Shown here one piece after another: positions 19,087 to 28,738 of a stretch of 64,000 nucleotides of DNA. Origin of the DNA: Roseibacillus sp. (GTDB taxonomy: Bacteria > Verrucomicrobiota > Verrucomicrobiia > Verrucomicrobiales > Akkermansiaceae); NCBI GenBank assembly GCA_051251855.1, contig JBPOGI010000003.1, positions 96,001 through 160,000 of the forward strand, read 5' to 3'. A program made the translations under genes and the position numbers. The notes below the pieces were generated by a model. It saw only the letters and a program-made list of their open reading frames with translations, had not been told where the DNA came from and did not search any database. Each line of letters opens with the position of its first letter. Position 1 is the stretch's first letter.

Positions 19087-19563
19087 TTAGAAGGGAATGT
19101 CGTCGCTGTCTTCGGTGGCGAGGCCTTCTTCGCGCAGTTCTTCGAGGACGTGGCTCATGTCGGGCTGTTGGTCCCAGACAGATTTGACGAACATGATGGG
19201 AGCTTCCTGTCTCACGGCGAGGGCGATGCAGTCAGAGGGACGGGCGTCGGCGTCGATGATTTTTTTCTCCATGATCTCGTTCTCGGCCGAGAGATGAAGG
19301 TGAGCGTAAAAGATTTCTTCTTCGACTTTGCTGATGACCACGTGGGTGACGGTGGCGCCAAAGGCTTTTAAGACTTGCACGAAGAGATCGTGGGTGAGCG
19401 GGCGAGGGGGCTTTTGGCCAGAGAGGACCGCGTTGATGGAAGCGCCGATAGCGGGCTCGATGTAGAAGACGATCGATTTTTTTCCGTCGCCAAGAAAGAC
19501 AGCGCAGCCAGCTTGGGTGGGCAGCAGGGCGATGGGTTCGACTTGGATGAGCTCGACTTTCAT
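19087..19563 (-). CDS. bifunctional nuclease family (DUF151)
   Basis: PPRPLTHDL, FYA.L.L and DARPSDCIALAVR; start reassigned to ATG 19563. Confidence 0.9.
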   Translation of the reverse strand: MKVELIQVEPIALLPTQAGCAVFLGDGKKSIVFYIEPAIGASINAVLSGQKPPRPLTHDLFVQVLKAFGATVTHVVISKVEEEIFYAHLHLSAENEIMEKKIIDADARPSDCIALAVRQEAPIMFVKSVWDQQPDMSHVLEELREEGLATEDSDDIPF

Positions 19564-19586
19564 TTCGGAAGGGCGGAGCGCGATTG

Positions 19587-20111
19587 TTAGGCGGATTTGG
19601 GGTCCCGTGCGAGAAACTTTCGGGACTGCCGCACGTATTTCTCGGCGAGGTCGCGTCCGGCCCGTTGTTCGGCGGGGGTCAGCTCGCGCCCCACTTTGGC
19701 TGGAGAGCCTAGGACGAGGGAGTTGGGAGGGACGATGGTGTTGCCGGTGACGAGAGCGCCCGCGCCCACGATGGAGTTCTCGCCAATGACGGAGCCGTCG
19801 AGAATGATGGAGCCCATGCCAACCAAAACGCCGTCTTCGACGGTGGCGGCGTGAACGATGGCGGAGTGGCCGACGGTGACGTAGTCGCCAATGATGCAAG
19901 GAAGGTCGTCGGAAAGGTGGAGGACGGCATTGTCTTGAACGTTGGAGTGCGAGCCGACGACGATGTCGTTGATATCGCCTCGGAGGGTGGCGTTATACCA
20001 GATGCTGGCTTTTTCCTTAAGGGTGACGCGACCAATGACGTCCCCGCTGTCGGCGATGAAAACGTCTTCGGCGAGGGTGGGGGTGTGTTCTTCGTAGCTC
20101 TCGATGGCCAT
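19587..20111 (-). CDS. gamma carbonic anhydrase family (hexapeptide repeat)
   Basis: LRGDIN, SNVQDNAVLH, VTVGHSAIVH and hexapeptide repeats. Confidence 0.9.
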   Translation of the reverse strand: MAIESYEEHTPTLAEDVFIADSGDVIGRVTLKEKASIWYNATLRGDINDIVVGSHSNVQDNAVLHLSDDLPCIIGDYVTVGHSAIVHAATVEDGVLVGMGSIILDGSVIGENSIVGAGALVTGNTIVPPNSLVLGSPAKVGRELTPAEQRAGRDLAEKYVRQSRKFLARDPKSA

Positions 20112-20188
20112 GAAGAGAGCTTTTCCTTGCGAGGCGAAAGTTGCAAGGATGATACAGAGCAGAAATCTCCAAAGAGGCTATTGCTCCC

Positions 20189-21445
20189 TTACTCTCCTAT
20201 CGTCACTGTGGGAAGTATCGCATCAGCTTCGGCAAAGGGTGAGGGCTTTTCAGCAAGTTGGTCCTGATGGATTTTCGAAAGAGCTGCTTTGAGGGAGCCA
20301 TTTGATTGTGTCCTGAGCCAGATTTCTACCGCTTCAGGATCCTTTTTTCCCCAAGCTAGTAAAAATCGCTCACAGGCTTCCTGATCTCCGTTTTCCGATA
20401 TCCAGCTCGCCCATTTTGCAGGTTCAGAAATATTCACATTGTGGAGGTTGCTCTGAAGGTTGTAGGCAAAAGTATTCTTCTCTCCAGGAGTAAATTTGCT
20501 GGCAACAAATTGGGTTGCAGTCTTGAAATATTCCGAAACCAAAATTTCCCCAAGGTCGACAAAATAGCTCATCTTGGAGTCGCTAAGAAATTCCGAATCC
20601 GGGTGCTTTTTTTGTTCCAGTTTGAGTGCTGACAAGAGACGTCCATGTCCGCTCAAGTCCGCGCGCTCGAAAAAATAATCAATCATTGCATCACGAGCCT
20701 TCTCCCTCTCTTGAGAGTCCTCAATTTTTAGGATTCTCTCGAGTTCACCCCTAGGATTCTTGAAGGTCTGAATCTTTGACGCCACGTCTTTGAGCGGCTC
20801 CAAATTCGGCTTCCCTGCGGCTAACTGCTGTTGATACCAGGCATACGCCTCTTCGGGAGAAGCGATGCTCCATCTCCGAAATGCGTAGACAGGCCATTGG
20901 GTATAGCGGCTTTTTTTTGTATCCCTGAATTCCTCAGCGAACTCACTAAAAAGAAGGACTCCTTCTTTAGGATTTATTGCAGCAAGTTCGTGCACAGTGA
21001 GACCGATGAAATAATGCCTTACGTCAACCTCGTCTTCGACAAGCTTAAAGTAAAGAGGTTCAGACGGAATGACCTGAAGTAAATCTTCTGCGGTCAGGTC
21101 GGACAGTTCGGTTCGAATCTCAGCGGACAGAGCGCCGTACTTGTCGTTGCCTTGGACTGAAAGAATATTTCCCTCAGGATTCTCCTTTTCGAGTTTCAGC
21201 CTCAATTTAAGTCGTTTGATCATCGTCGCTCTCAGTTTCCCGTAGCGTTGACTCGTGTCATTCTTAGGGCGGGTGAAACGTGAGGTTCCTGCTTCTGTTT
21301 TTGATGATGCCAATGATGCCCTTGTTTGGAGCTTTCGCTGAAGCTCTGCTTGCTTTCGATTAAGTTCTTCGACTTGTGCACCTTGGAAGAGGTAAATGGC
21401 AATCCCGATAATAGCGGTTGTGAGCAAGGTGATTTTAAATTTCAT
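20189..21445 (-). CDS. hypothetical protein resembling the C-terminal extension of the upstream ECF sigma factor
   Basis: N-terminal TM, coiled coil, and helical W-x3-DP..A..W repeats (WGKKDPEAVEIWL, WSIASPEEAYAW). Confidence 0.7.
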   Translation of the reverse strand: MKFKITLLTTAIIGIAIYLFQGAQVEELNRKQAELQRKLQTRASLASSKTEAGTSRFTRPKNDTSQRYGKLRATMIKRLKLRLKLEKENPEGNILSVQGNDKYGALSAEIRTELSDLTAEDLLQVIPSEPLYFKLVEDEVDVRHYFIGLTVHELAAINPKEGVLLFSEFAEEFRDTKKSRYTQWPVYAFRRWSIASPEEAYAWYQQQLAAGKPNLEPLKDVASKIQTFKNPRGELERILKIEDSQEREKARDAMIDYFFERADLSGHGRLLSALKLEQKKHPDSEFLSDSKMSYFVDLGEILVSEYFKTATQFVASKFTPGEKNTFAYNLQSNLHNVNISEPAKWASWISENGDQEACERFLLAWGKKDPEAVEIWLRTQSNGSLKAALSKIHQDQLAEKPSPFAEADAILPTVTIGE

Positions 21446-21460
21446 GTGGCGAACGATGGC

Positions 21461-23371
21461 TTAATTTTCGAGGGCAAGATGATTGATGATCTGGTCGCGT
21501 TTTAGAGGGTCCAAAATTTTCTCCGCTAAAGACCGTAACTGCTGGTGGTTTCTTTCTTTTTGGAAGAAGTCGGGGATTTTTTCCTGGCTCAGGTAAGAAA
21601 TTATCCAGCCGTCTTGAGAGGATTTTTGAGAGAAAGCAGTTGCGGCTCTCAGACCAGTTTCAGAACGTTGTATTAAGGCCTCGGCGAGCCTTTCATTACT
21701 TCGAGTGGGGTCCTTCTCATGCAGCCATTGATGAAGTTCTGCGATTCTCTCCCCTTTGTCGGAGTATACAAAAACGTACTTTTTCGCGCTTTCCAACAGA
21801 AGAAAATCACGATCGTGTTCGAGAAGAGGAGAACATTCTTGAAGGTCTTCCAGCCATTGGAGCGGGTGCTTCAGAGCATTTCTTCCAATGAGTTCCCTAA
21901 GCACCCGTCTACGATTGGTGACATCGAGATGCTGGCAGAGTTGCATCATGACCTCAGCGTCCTTTTTGCGATAGTTTCTGGAATATTTTTGGCAAGCCTC
22001 CGTGAGAATCTGACATTGATTGCTTGCGTTGAAGGTGTGGAGGTAGTCTTCGGTAGCGGGGTCATTCTTTTTGATGAGATCAGTCAATACTGTTGATCGA
22101 AACCGATTAAAAATGATGTCGTCTGCGGCTGTTCCAACGATCCGGCTCTCCTGCTCTTGCAACCAAAGACGAGCAGCGGCAGAAGTCTTGGGATTGTTAT
22201 ACCAAAGCTGAAAAGCGCCAAACAACCTGTCTCGGAAATCTTGGCTTCGATCACGTTTATAGGATTCGAAGACTATCTGCACCGCTCGCTCAGGATTCTT
22301 CCTAGCAAGGAACTTGATCAACACGTACACATAAGACCCCTCTCTTTGCTGCTTGCGGGGCAAGAGCGCGGAAGTCGATTTAGCAAGGATATCGGCAAGA
22401 GCGTCTTCATCTAAGGATGCGAGGTAATCCAACAGCGCTGTTTTGGTTGATCCCATATTCGTAATTTGAGCTTGATAGTAGGCTTCTGCCAGTAACTTGG
22501 CATCGGGTTGGAAAGAACCGCTATCAAGGGAGTTGGACTTGCGGAGAGGTCGGTTGCTTTTGAGGGGGGGTTGGGCGAGTTGGTTCCTGAGTTCTTGGTT
22601 TTGATGCTTCTTCTCGCTGATTTCTACTTGGCGCGCACCCAAGAGGGTGACAAGAGAACCGCCCGCTACGAGGGCAAGGATTTGGGGGCCTTTTGTTCCG
22701 AGGAGACTCGCGAGAAGGGGTGAGCTGGTGGTGAGGGTGATGGTGCAAAGGGTTTTGAGGAGGTTGGGTGGGGCGGCTTTGGCGAGTTCGGAGCTGAGGC
22801 AAGAGGCGAGTGCGACGGAGCTGATGACGACACCTTTGCGCTTGAGAATTTGGGCGAGCTTTTCGAGGGCGCGGCGGGACTGCTTTTGGGCGGCGGCGGG
22901 GGACTTGCCAACAGTCTGCGCGATGTTGGGGAAAGTTTTTTCTTCGAAGAAATGGAGGATGAGGACGCGACGGTCGCTTTCGGGAAGTTTGTTGAGGGCT
23001 TCGTCGAGGTGAGGGAGGGCTTCTTTCCAGGCAGCAGCTTGGGAGGAGTCCTCGGTATCGATTTTTTGGGCGAGGCCGTCCTTTCGCCGCTGTTGGGATT
23101 GTTCGGAGCGCATCGCTTTGGTGGATTCGTAAAGAGTTGTTCGATGGAGCCAAGGGGCGAGGTCTTGCGATTTCTTGAGGAGAAGGGGGGCCTTTTTGGA
23201 GAGGGCGAGGAGGACGCTTTGGGAGATGTCTTGGGAAAGAGATCGGTTGTTGGTTTGGCGATAGGCGACGTGGAAGATGAGCCCAAGGTAGCGCCGAGTG
23301 AGGGCGTGGAAGGCGTCTTCGTCGTGTCTTTGTACGAAGTCTCGGAGAAGGTTGAGGTCGCTGTTTGCCAT
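21461..23371 (-). CDS. ECF sigma-70 factor with TM and long C-terminal extension
   Basis: DLNLLRDF...DEDAF..L..RY; region 2 (DISQSV..AL..KA...WLHRT); region 4 (LDEALNKLPESDR.VLILHFFE...IA...AAQK..RRALEKL). Confidence 0.88.
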   Translation of the reverse strand: MANSDLNLLRDFVQRHDEDAFHALTRRYLGLIFHVAYRQTNNRSLSQDISQSVLLALSKKAPLLLKKSQDLAPWLHRTTLYESTKAMRSEQSQQRRKDGLAQKIDTEDSSQAAAWKEALPHLDEALNKLPESDRRVLILHFFEEKTFPNIAQTVGKSPAAAQKQSRRALEKLAQILKRKGVVISSVALASCLSSELAKAAPPNLLKTLCTITLTTSSPLLASLLGTKGPQILALVAGGSLVTLLGARQVEISEKKHQNQELRNQLAQPPLKSNRPLRKSNSLDSGSFQPDAKLLAEAYYQAQITNMGSTKTALLDYLASLDEDALADILAKSTSALLPRKQQREGSYVYVLIKFLARKNPERAVQIVFESYKRDRSQDFRDRLFGAFQLWYNNPKTSAAARLWLQEQESRIVGTAADDIIFNRFRSTVLTDLIKKNDPATEDYLHTFNASNQCQILTEACQKYSRNYRKKDAEVMMQLCQHLDVTNRRRVLRELIGRNALKHPLQWLEDLQECSPLLEHDRDFLLLESAKKYVFVYSDKGERIAELHQWLHEKDPTRSNERLAEALIQRSETGLRAATAFSQKSSQDGWIISYLSQEKIPDFFQKERNHQQLRSLAEKILDPLKRDQIINHLALEN

Positions 23372-23533
23372 GGAATACGTGATGTAACACCTCGCTAGAG
23401 AGGATTGCGGACATCACTTTTCGTTTTTTCGACTCTTTTGGAAATACGAGATTTATCAAATCCTTCCTAGACGGGAGAGTCTTTCGGCTGCATTTCTAGT
23501 AGAAGCTGTATTGAGGCAGCGAAGCGAAGGAAT

Positions 23534-24358
23534 ATGGCACGTGAAGCGTTAATAGTGGTTGGTTTGTTGGTCTTTGCGGCTGCTTTCCGTTCGTGTCGAA
23601 AAAATTGGAGCCGGAAGTTGGGGGCCTTTCTTTTCTTAGCAGCTTCGTTTCTCGCGCTTTACTTTCTGACCCATTGTATGTGGTGTGGGATGCTGGCGGT
23701 GGTGGCTTGGTTTTTTCTGCCTTGGATCGAGCTTTTGACGCGGGTGCGGAAGGTGCGGTTGCCAATGGAGAATCGCTTGCAGCATCGTGAGCCTCCCGAG
23801 GAGGAGTTTTTCCCGAATGCGTCGCGTGCCCTGGTGGCGATGTCGGATGCGCACTTTGAGCATGTGGGTGACGCGGCTTGGCATTGGGCTGGGATGGAGC
23901 AGCACTTCCGGATGCACTGGAATCCGGAGGAGCGTGCGGTGGCGACGGTGTGTCTTTGCGAGCAGGACAATGTGGCTTTTGCGTTTATTTCAATCACGTC
24001 ACGAGGAGAAGACGGGCGGGTTTATCGGACGACAAATTTTCCGTTCTCTCCGACGTTAAAGAATCCACCGGGGTATTCGTGGAAACACGTTCCTTGTGAA
24101 CGCAATTGCTTCCATCAAATGCTGGAGGATCATCAGCGCTACTTGAAGAAGTTGAAGGTGACTACGGAGTCGCTCGCATTGCCAGATCCGGATTTATTAG
24201 AATCGGATATTGAGGGTGAAATGCAGCTTCAGATTGATCACAATCTAGAGCACGGGATTATTGAACCAACAGAGGATGGAAAGCACTTTCGCTACTCGAT
24301 GAAGGGTCTCTTCTTTCTGTGGAAGCAGTTTGCGAAGGATATGGTCCGGCTTTGCTAG
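23534..24358 (+). CDS. hypothetical membrane protein
   Basis: 274-aa ORF with about 3 N-terminal TM helices and a soluble domain. Confidence 0.75.
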   Translation: MAREALIVVGLLVFAAAFRSCRKNWSRKLGAFLFLAASFLALYFLTHCMWCGMLAVVAWFFLPWIELLTRVRKVRLPMENRLQHREPPEEEFFPNASRALVAMSDAHFEHVGDAAWHWAGMEQHFRMHWNPEERAVATVCLCEQDNVAFAFISITSRGEDGRVYRTTNFPFSPTLKNPPGYSWKHVPCERNCFHQMLEDHQRYLKKLKVTTESLALPDPDLLESDIEGEMQLQIDHNLEHGIIEPTEDGKHFRYSMKGLFFLWKQFAKDMVRLC

Positions 24359-24521
24359 AGCCGTTAGCTGTGGCTCGGCTTCTTAAACAGGAGACGAGGA
24401 GAAAGGCAGCTCAAGTTCTGTGATTTTTTGAACCGCCGCAGAAGCGGGGCTCGCATAAGGCGGCAAAGTGAGCAAAGGCCGGAATGGATTTGCTGTGGGG
24501 AGAGTGGCTGATGTCGATTGA

Positions 24522-24543
24522 TGACGACTGAAGTCGTCACTCC
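24522..24543 (-). repeat. REP-like palindrome with GGAG foot
   Basis: Minus strand reads GGAG-TGACGAC-TTCA-GTCGTCA, between convergent genes. Confidence 0.6.
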
Positions 24544-25001
24544 TACTGTGCGACTTCGGAGCTGCCGAAAAGCTCTTGTTCGTCGACGCCTTCGCCCACT
24601 GCAGTGAGTTCGAATTGGCGGTCGACGTTAAGTCGGAGGCTAGCGAGGTGTTTCTGAAACCACTGATCAGGTGAGATCATGGAGAGGAGATTACGGCCGC
24701 GAGCGTGGTAGAGGAAATACTCTTGGCCGACGACGGGCTCGAAGTTGATGTCGGCTTCGTAGGCGAGCTTGTTCCAGTTGAAGTGGGTGATGGCGGAGAT
24801 GTATTCTTCGCGAATTTCGACCAGCTTTTGTTGGAGGTCGCGTTCAACTTGGGAGACGCCCCTCGACTTGAAGGAGGTCAAGTCGTTGGGAACGATAGCA
24901 GGGGAAAGGGTGGACGTGGGATAGGGCAAGAAGGCGCCCGAGGGTTTCTCGTCGGTGCCGATGCCGGGAGTTACGGTTTGAATTTCGTCCAGTTCTTCCA
25001 T
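24543..25001 (-). CDS. DUF2452-like protein
   Basis: LPYPT...PAI.P, Y.A..NFEPVVGQ.Y.LY and LSMISP..W. Confidence 0.7.
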   Translation of the reverse strand: MEELDEIQTVTPGIGTDEKPSGAFLPYPTSTLSPAIVPNDLTSFKSRGVSQVERDLQQKLVEIREEYISAITHFNWNKLAYEADINFEPVVGQEYFLYHARGRNLLSMISPDQWFQKHLASLRLNVDRQFELTAVGEGVDEQELFGSSEVAQ

Positions 25002-25048
25002 GGCGATGACTATCGTGCCTTTTTACGAAGGCGCAAGGGGCTGTTTTT

Positions 25049-26911
25049 CTAGAGGCCTCGTTCTTCTGCGAGCTTGTTGGCGAGTCGTTTGACGTAGGCA
25101 CCGCTGTAGCCCTTTGGGGCAGGTCCGCTTATCTTCTTCACCCATTCGTCGGGAATTCGATCCAGTTTGTCGAGTTGGGTGTAGATGTTGACCACGTTTT
25201 GCTGGGCGTATTCGTTGCTCCCATCGGAGAGTTCTTTCAGGAGAAGGTCAAAAGCGCCTTCTGGGTGTCCGAGGGTGATGAGGGTTTGAGCGGCAGAGGC
25301 ACGGTTAACGGCGTTCTTGTCTTCGAGGAGCTTGGCAATGGTATCGGCGGCAGGTTGGGATTTTTCGCCCAAAATGAGGCAGCCTTGCAGAGCCCAATAG
25401 CGTTCGATGGGGTCCTCAGAGGAGAGTTTCTCAATGAAGGTGGGGAGGTGATCTGGATTACGATCGGAGGCTGTGAAGGCGAGGTCGACAAGAGCGGGCC
25501 AGTCGTTGGCGCGCTTTTTGGCATACCTGGCGATGGGTGTTTTGGGCGCGAGCTCAGCGAACATGGGCTCGGGGATGATTCCAGTGTCGCGAATTGTTAC
25601 CATTTGAGATTTGAGTGCGTTGCGCATTCTCTCGAGCTGTGCGGCATGGGAGGAGTCGCTGGCGAGGTTGGTGACTTCCCAGGGATCGGCTTGGGTGTCG
25701 AAGAGCTCCTCTACGATTTGGTTTTTTTCCCAAATTTGGCTGAAGCGCGAGTCGAGGGAGCCTTCTTGCCAGGCTTTTTGCCAAGCGACCCAAGCTTTTT
25801 GGCCGAACTGATAGTAGCTGTAGGGAGCAGCGGCATAGTGGGGGGTGAAGCGGCGAGTGTATTTCCAGCGCCCGTCGGTGAGGCCCCGTCGCATGCCGTA
25901 GATTTCGTCAAAGCGGTCGGCGAAGAGGAAGACGTAGTTGTCTTCGGTGGGCTCTTCGCGATGGCTCCCGAGGAAGGCGCGCCCTTGCATTTGCTCGGGT
26001 TTGGGCATGCCAAGGATGGAGAGTAATGTGGGAGCGAGGTCGACGAAGGCAGTGGTTTCATCGCTTACGCCAATCTGAGGAAAGGAGGAAAGTGCTTTCC
26101 ACTTTTCTGGGATATGGACGAGGAGGGGCACGTTGACACCGGTGTCCTCAAGGTAGCGCTTGCCGCGAGGGGTGATGCCACCATGGTCGGCGTAATAGAA
26201 GACGATGGTGTCGTCGGCGAGTCCTTGTTCTGCTAGCTCGGCGAGGGCCTTGCCAATGCGCCCGTCCATGAGGGTGATCATGTCGTAGTAGGTGGCGATG
26301 TCTTCGCGGACTTCGGGAAGATCAGGCAGATAGGGGCGGAGGAAGACGTCAGCAGGGGAGACGCGGGGTTGTTGCGGAATGAGGCCTTTTTCGCGTCGAC
26401 CGGTGATGTTTTTTTCGAACAGAGAGCTTTCGTGGGACTCGGTGAAGTTGAAGACGGCGAAGAAGGGTTGGCCTTCGGCACGGTTCTTGTAGTGAGCTTT
26501 GGAGTCGCATTCGTCCCAGACCTTCTTGTCGTTGATCTCGAAGTTGAAATCGGTCTTTGAGGCGTTGGTGCAGTAGTAGCCTGCTTCGCGGAGGTAGGTG
26601 ACGTAGGGTTTGTTGGCAGCGGGGATGGGGTGGCGGCTACGCATGTGCTGGGAGCCTTGGCTGGGTGCGTAAATACCGGTGAGGATGGTGGAGCGGGCAA
26701 CGGCGCAGACGGGGGCGTTGGAGAAGAAGTTGTCGAATCGGACCGAGCGGGCCGCGAGAGAGTCGATGTTGGGTGTCTTTGCTTGTTCGTTTCCGTAGCA
26801 GCCGAGCCATTGCTTGTCGTTGTCTTCGGAGGTGAGCCAGAGAATATTGGGGCGCTCGGCGGCCGCTATTAGGAGGGTGCCCAGGAGAAGAAAGAGGGTG
26901 GTTCGAATCAT
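25049..26911 (-). CDS. sulfatase (S1) with C-terminal HEAT-like repeats
   Basis: RPNILWLTSED, TPNID.LA, PVCAVARSTILTG, DHG, DLAPT and EELFD...DPWE. Confidence 0.9.
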   Translation of the reverse strand: MIRTTLFLLLGTLLIAAAERPNILWLTSEDNDKQWLGCYGNEQAKTPNIDSLAARSVRFDNFFSNAPVCAVARSTILTGIYAPSQGSQHMRSRHPIPAANKPYVTYLREAGYYCTNASKTDFNFEINDKKVWDECDSKAHYKNRAEGQPFFAVFNFTESHESSLFEKNITGRREKGLIPQQPRVSPADVFLRPYLPDLPEVREDIATYYDMITLMDGRIGKALAELAEQGLADDTIVFYYADHGGITPRGKRYLEDTGVNVPLLVHIPEKWKALSSFPQIGVSDETTAFVDLAPTLLSILGMPKPEQMQGRAFLGSHREEPTEDNYVFLFADRFDEIYGMRRGLTDGRWKYTRRFTPHYAAAPYSYYQFGQKAWVAWQKAWQEGSLDSRFSQIWEKNQIVEELFDTQADPWEVTNLASDSSHAAQLERMRNALKSQMVTIRDTGIIPEPMFAELAPKTPIARYAKKRANDWPALVDLAFTASDRNPDHLPTFIEKLSSEDPIERYWALQGCLILGEKSQPAADTIAKLLEDKNAVNRASAAQTLITLGHPEGAFDLLLKELSDGSNEYAQQNVVNIYTQLDKLDRIPDEWVKKISGPAPKGYSGAYVKRLANKLAEERGL

Positions 26912-27040
26912 AAGAAGAAAAGGGTTACGGATTATCAAAGGGAAAGGTTTCGTCTAAGGGAAGAAATTTTCGATTGGCGAGATTCCGCAAGTTTTTGATT
27001 CCGTTTGTCTTTTCGAGTCAAAGGGTCCATTTTTCAGCTG

Positions 27041-28720
27041 ATGATGAGACCTTTTCTGACTTTCGCCATTAGTGGTGGAATCTCTTTGTTTGCAGCGAAT
27101 GCGGCCGAAATCCCGAGTGATGATTATTTTGTGGTGGAAACTCTTTCGGAGGGATTGGGGGATGCGATGGAGATTGCGGTGTTGCCGACGGGTGATGTCT
27201 TTATCGCGGAGCGGACAGGAGCGTTGAAATGGTATCAGCCCGAGAGCGGGGAGACCGTGGTGGTGAAGGAGTTTGATGTCGCGGTGAGGGAGAAGAAGAA
27301 AGGGAAGTGGGTCTCGCGCGAGACAGGTTTGCTTGGGATCACTGCGGACCCGAATTTCATGAAGAATGGGTGGATTTATTGCTACTACTCTGCTGAAAGA
27401 AAGGAAGAACACCGCTTGGCCCGTTTCACCTTTAAAGCGGGAAAACTCGGGGATGAAAAAATTCTTCTGAGTATTCCCCAAAGCCGAGAAGAGGGCGTCT
27501 GCCACGAGGGAGGGTCTTTGGCCTTCGACACTGAGGGGAATCTTTTCCTTTCTACGGGAGACAATACCAACCCCTTTGCATCTGATAAGTTTGCTCCTCT
27601 CGATGAGCGGAAGGATAAAGAATACATTAATTCGCAACGGAGTGCCGGAAACACGAACGACCTACGTGGAAAAATTCTTCGGATCACCCCAAAACCTGAT
27701 GGCACTTATACCATTCCTAAAGGGAATCTGTTTCCGGTTGGAGAGAAGAAGACTCGTCCCGAGATTTTTGTGATGGGTTGTCGGAACCCTTGGCGTATCG
27801 GCATCGATTCCAAGACCAACACTCTCTATTGGGGTGATGTCGGACCTGACTCTAACAAGGACTCCTCACGGGGACCTCGCGGTTATTGTGAAATCAATCA
27901 AGCGCAGACGGCAGGCTACTATGGCTGGCCCTACTTTGTGGGTGATAATCAGGCCTACGCCCGTTATGACTTCGAGACCAAGGAAGTCGGTGACAAGTTT
28001 GACCCGGACAAACCAGTCAATGAATCACGACTCAATACTGGACTGAAAACTCTTCCTCCCGCACGCGAGCCCTTCTGGTTTGAGAATCGCTCTTGCTACT
28101 GCGCGGGGCCAGTCTATCACTACGATGATTTTCCCAACAGCCAAAGTAAGTTACCAAAGAGTCTTGATAGCTGCCTTGTGACCTACGATTGGAACACTGG
28201 GTTTATGCAGCTCAGTAAAATTGATTCCAGCGGGAATCTTCTTTGGAAGAAAGACTGGCTGCATGGTAAGAAATTTATTCACCCTTCCGATGTTGAGTTT
28301 GGTCCAGACGGCTCAATGTATGTTTTGGAATATAGTAAGGGTTGGTATGATGGCTCTGATGGTAAACTTAAGAGAGTCACTTTCACGGAAGAAAAGCAGG
28401 AGCCCACTCTCGCCGAAGCTGACTCACGACTGGAAGGAATCTCTCCCAAGCATCCAGGCTACGCTCTTTTAGGTGAGGCGATTTGTTTGTCCTGTCATCA
28501 AACGCAAGAGAAGTCGATTGGACCGACCTATCTCGATGTAGCGACGAAATATCGGGGCGATAAAAATGCTGGTAAACTTCTCGCGAAGAAAATCCGCGAA
28601 GGAGGAGTGGGAGTCTGGGGAGAAATTCCAATGCCTCCCAATCCTCAATACAATCGCGAACAGCTCAGCCAGATGGTAGACGCGATTCTTTCTCTCGCTC
28701 CTGAAGAGCATGAGGAGTAG
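27041..28720 (+). CDS. PQQ-dependent sugar dehydrogenase (GSDH) fused to cytochrome c
   Basis: GLLGITADP, HEGGSL.F, LRGKILRI, GCRNPWR, DVGPD; C-terminal CLSCH heme motif and WGEIPMPP. Confidence 0.88.
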   Translation: MMRPFLTFAISGGISLFAANAAEIPSDDYFVVETLSEGLGDAMEIAVLPTGDVFIAERTGALKWYQPESGETVVVKEFDVAVREKKKGKWVSRETGLLGITADPNFMKNGWIYCYYSAERKEEHRLARFTFKAGKLGDEKILLSIPQSREEGVCHEGGSLAFDTEGNLFLSTGDNTNPFASDKFAPLDERKDKEYINSQRSAGNTNDLRGKILRITPKPDGTYTIPKGNLFPVGEKKTRPEIFVMGCRNPWRIGIDSKTNTLYWGDVGPDSNKDSSRGPRGYCEINQAQTAGYYGWPYFVGDNQAYARYDFETKEVGDKFDPDKPVNESRLNTGLKTLPPAREPFWFENRSCYCAGPVYHYDDFPNSQSKLPKSLDSCLVTYDWNTGFMQLSKIDSSGNLLWKKDWLHGKKFIHPSDVEFGPDGSMYVLEYSKGWYDGSDGKLKRVTFTEEKQEPTLAEADSRLEGISPKHPGYALLGEAICLSCHQTQEKSIGPTYLDVATKYRGDKNAGKLLAKKIREGGVGVWGEIPMPPNPQYNREQLSQMVDAILSLAPEEHEE

Positions 28721-28738
28721 CTGTTCCGAGGAGTCGGG

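Noticed and set aside
19564..19899. His/Arg-rich N-terminal extension on the DUF151 ORF
   Set aside because: Alternate frame of the gamma carbonic anhydrase gene; the nuclease domain starts at ATG 19563.
24359..24521. Possible sRNA or additional repeat remnants between convergent genes
   Set aside because: Purine-rich with weak hairpins, but no second copy in the window and no recognisable RNA family; only the GGAG palindrome is supportable.
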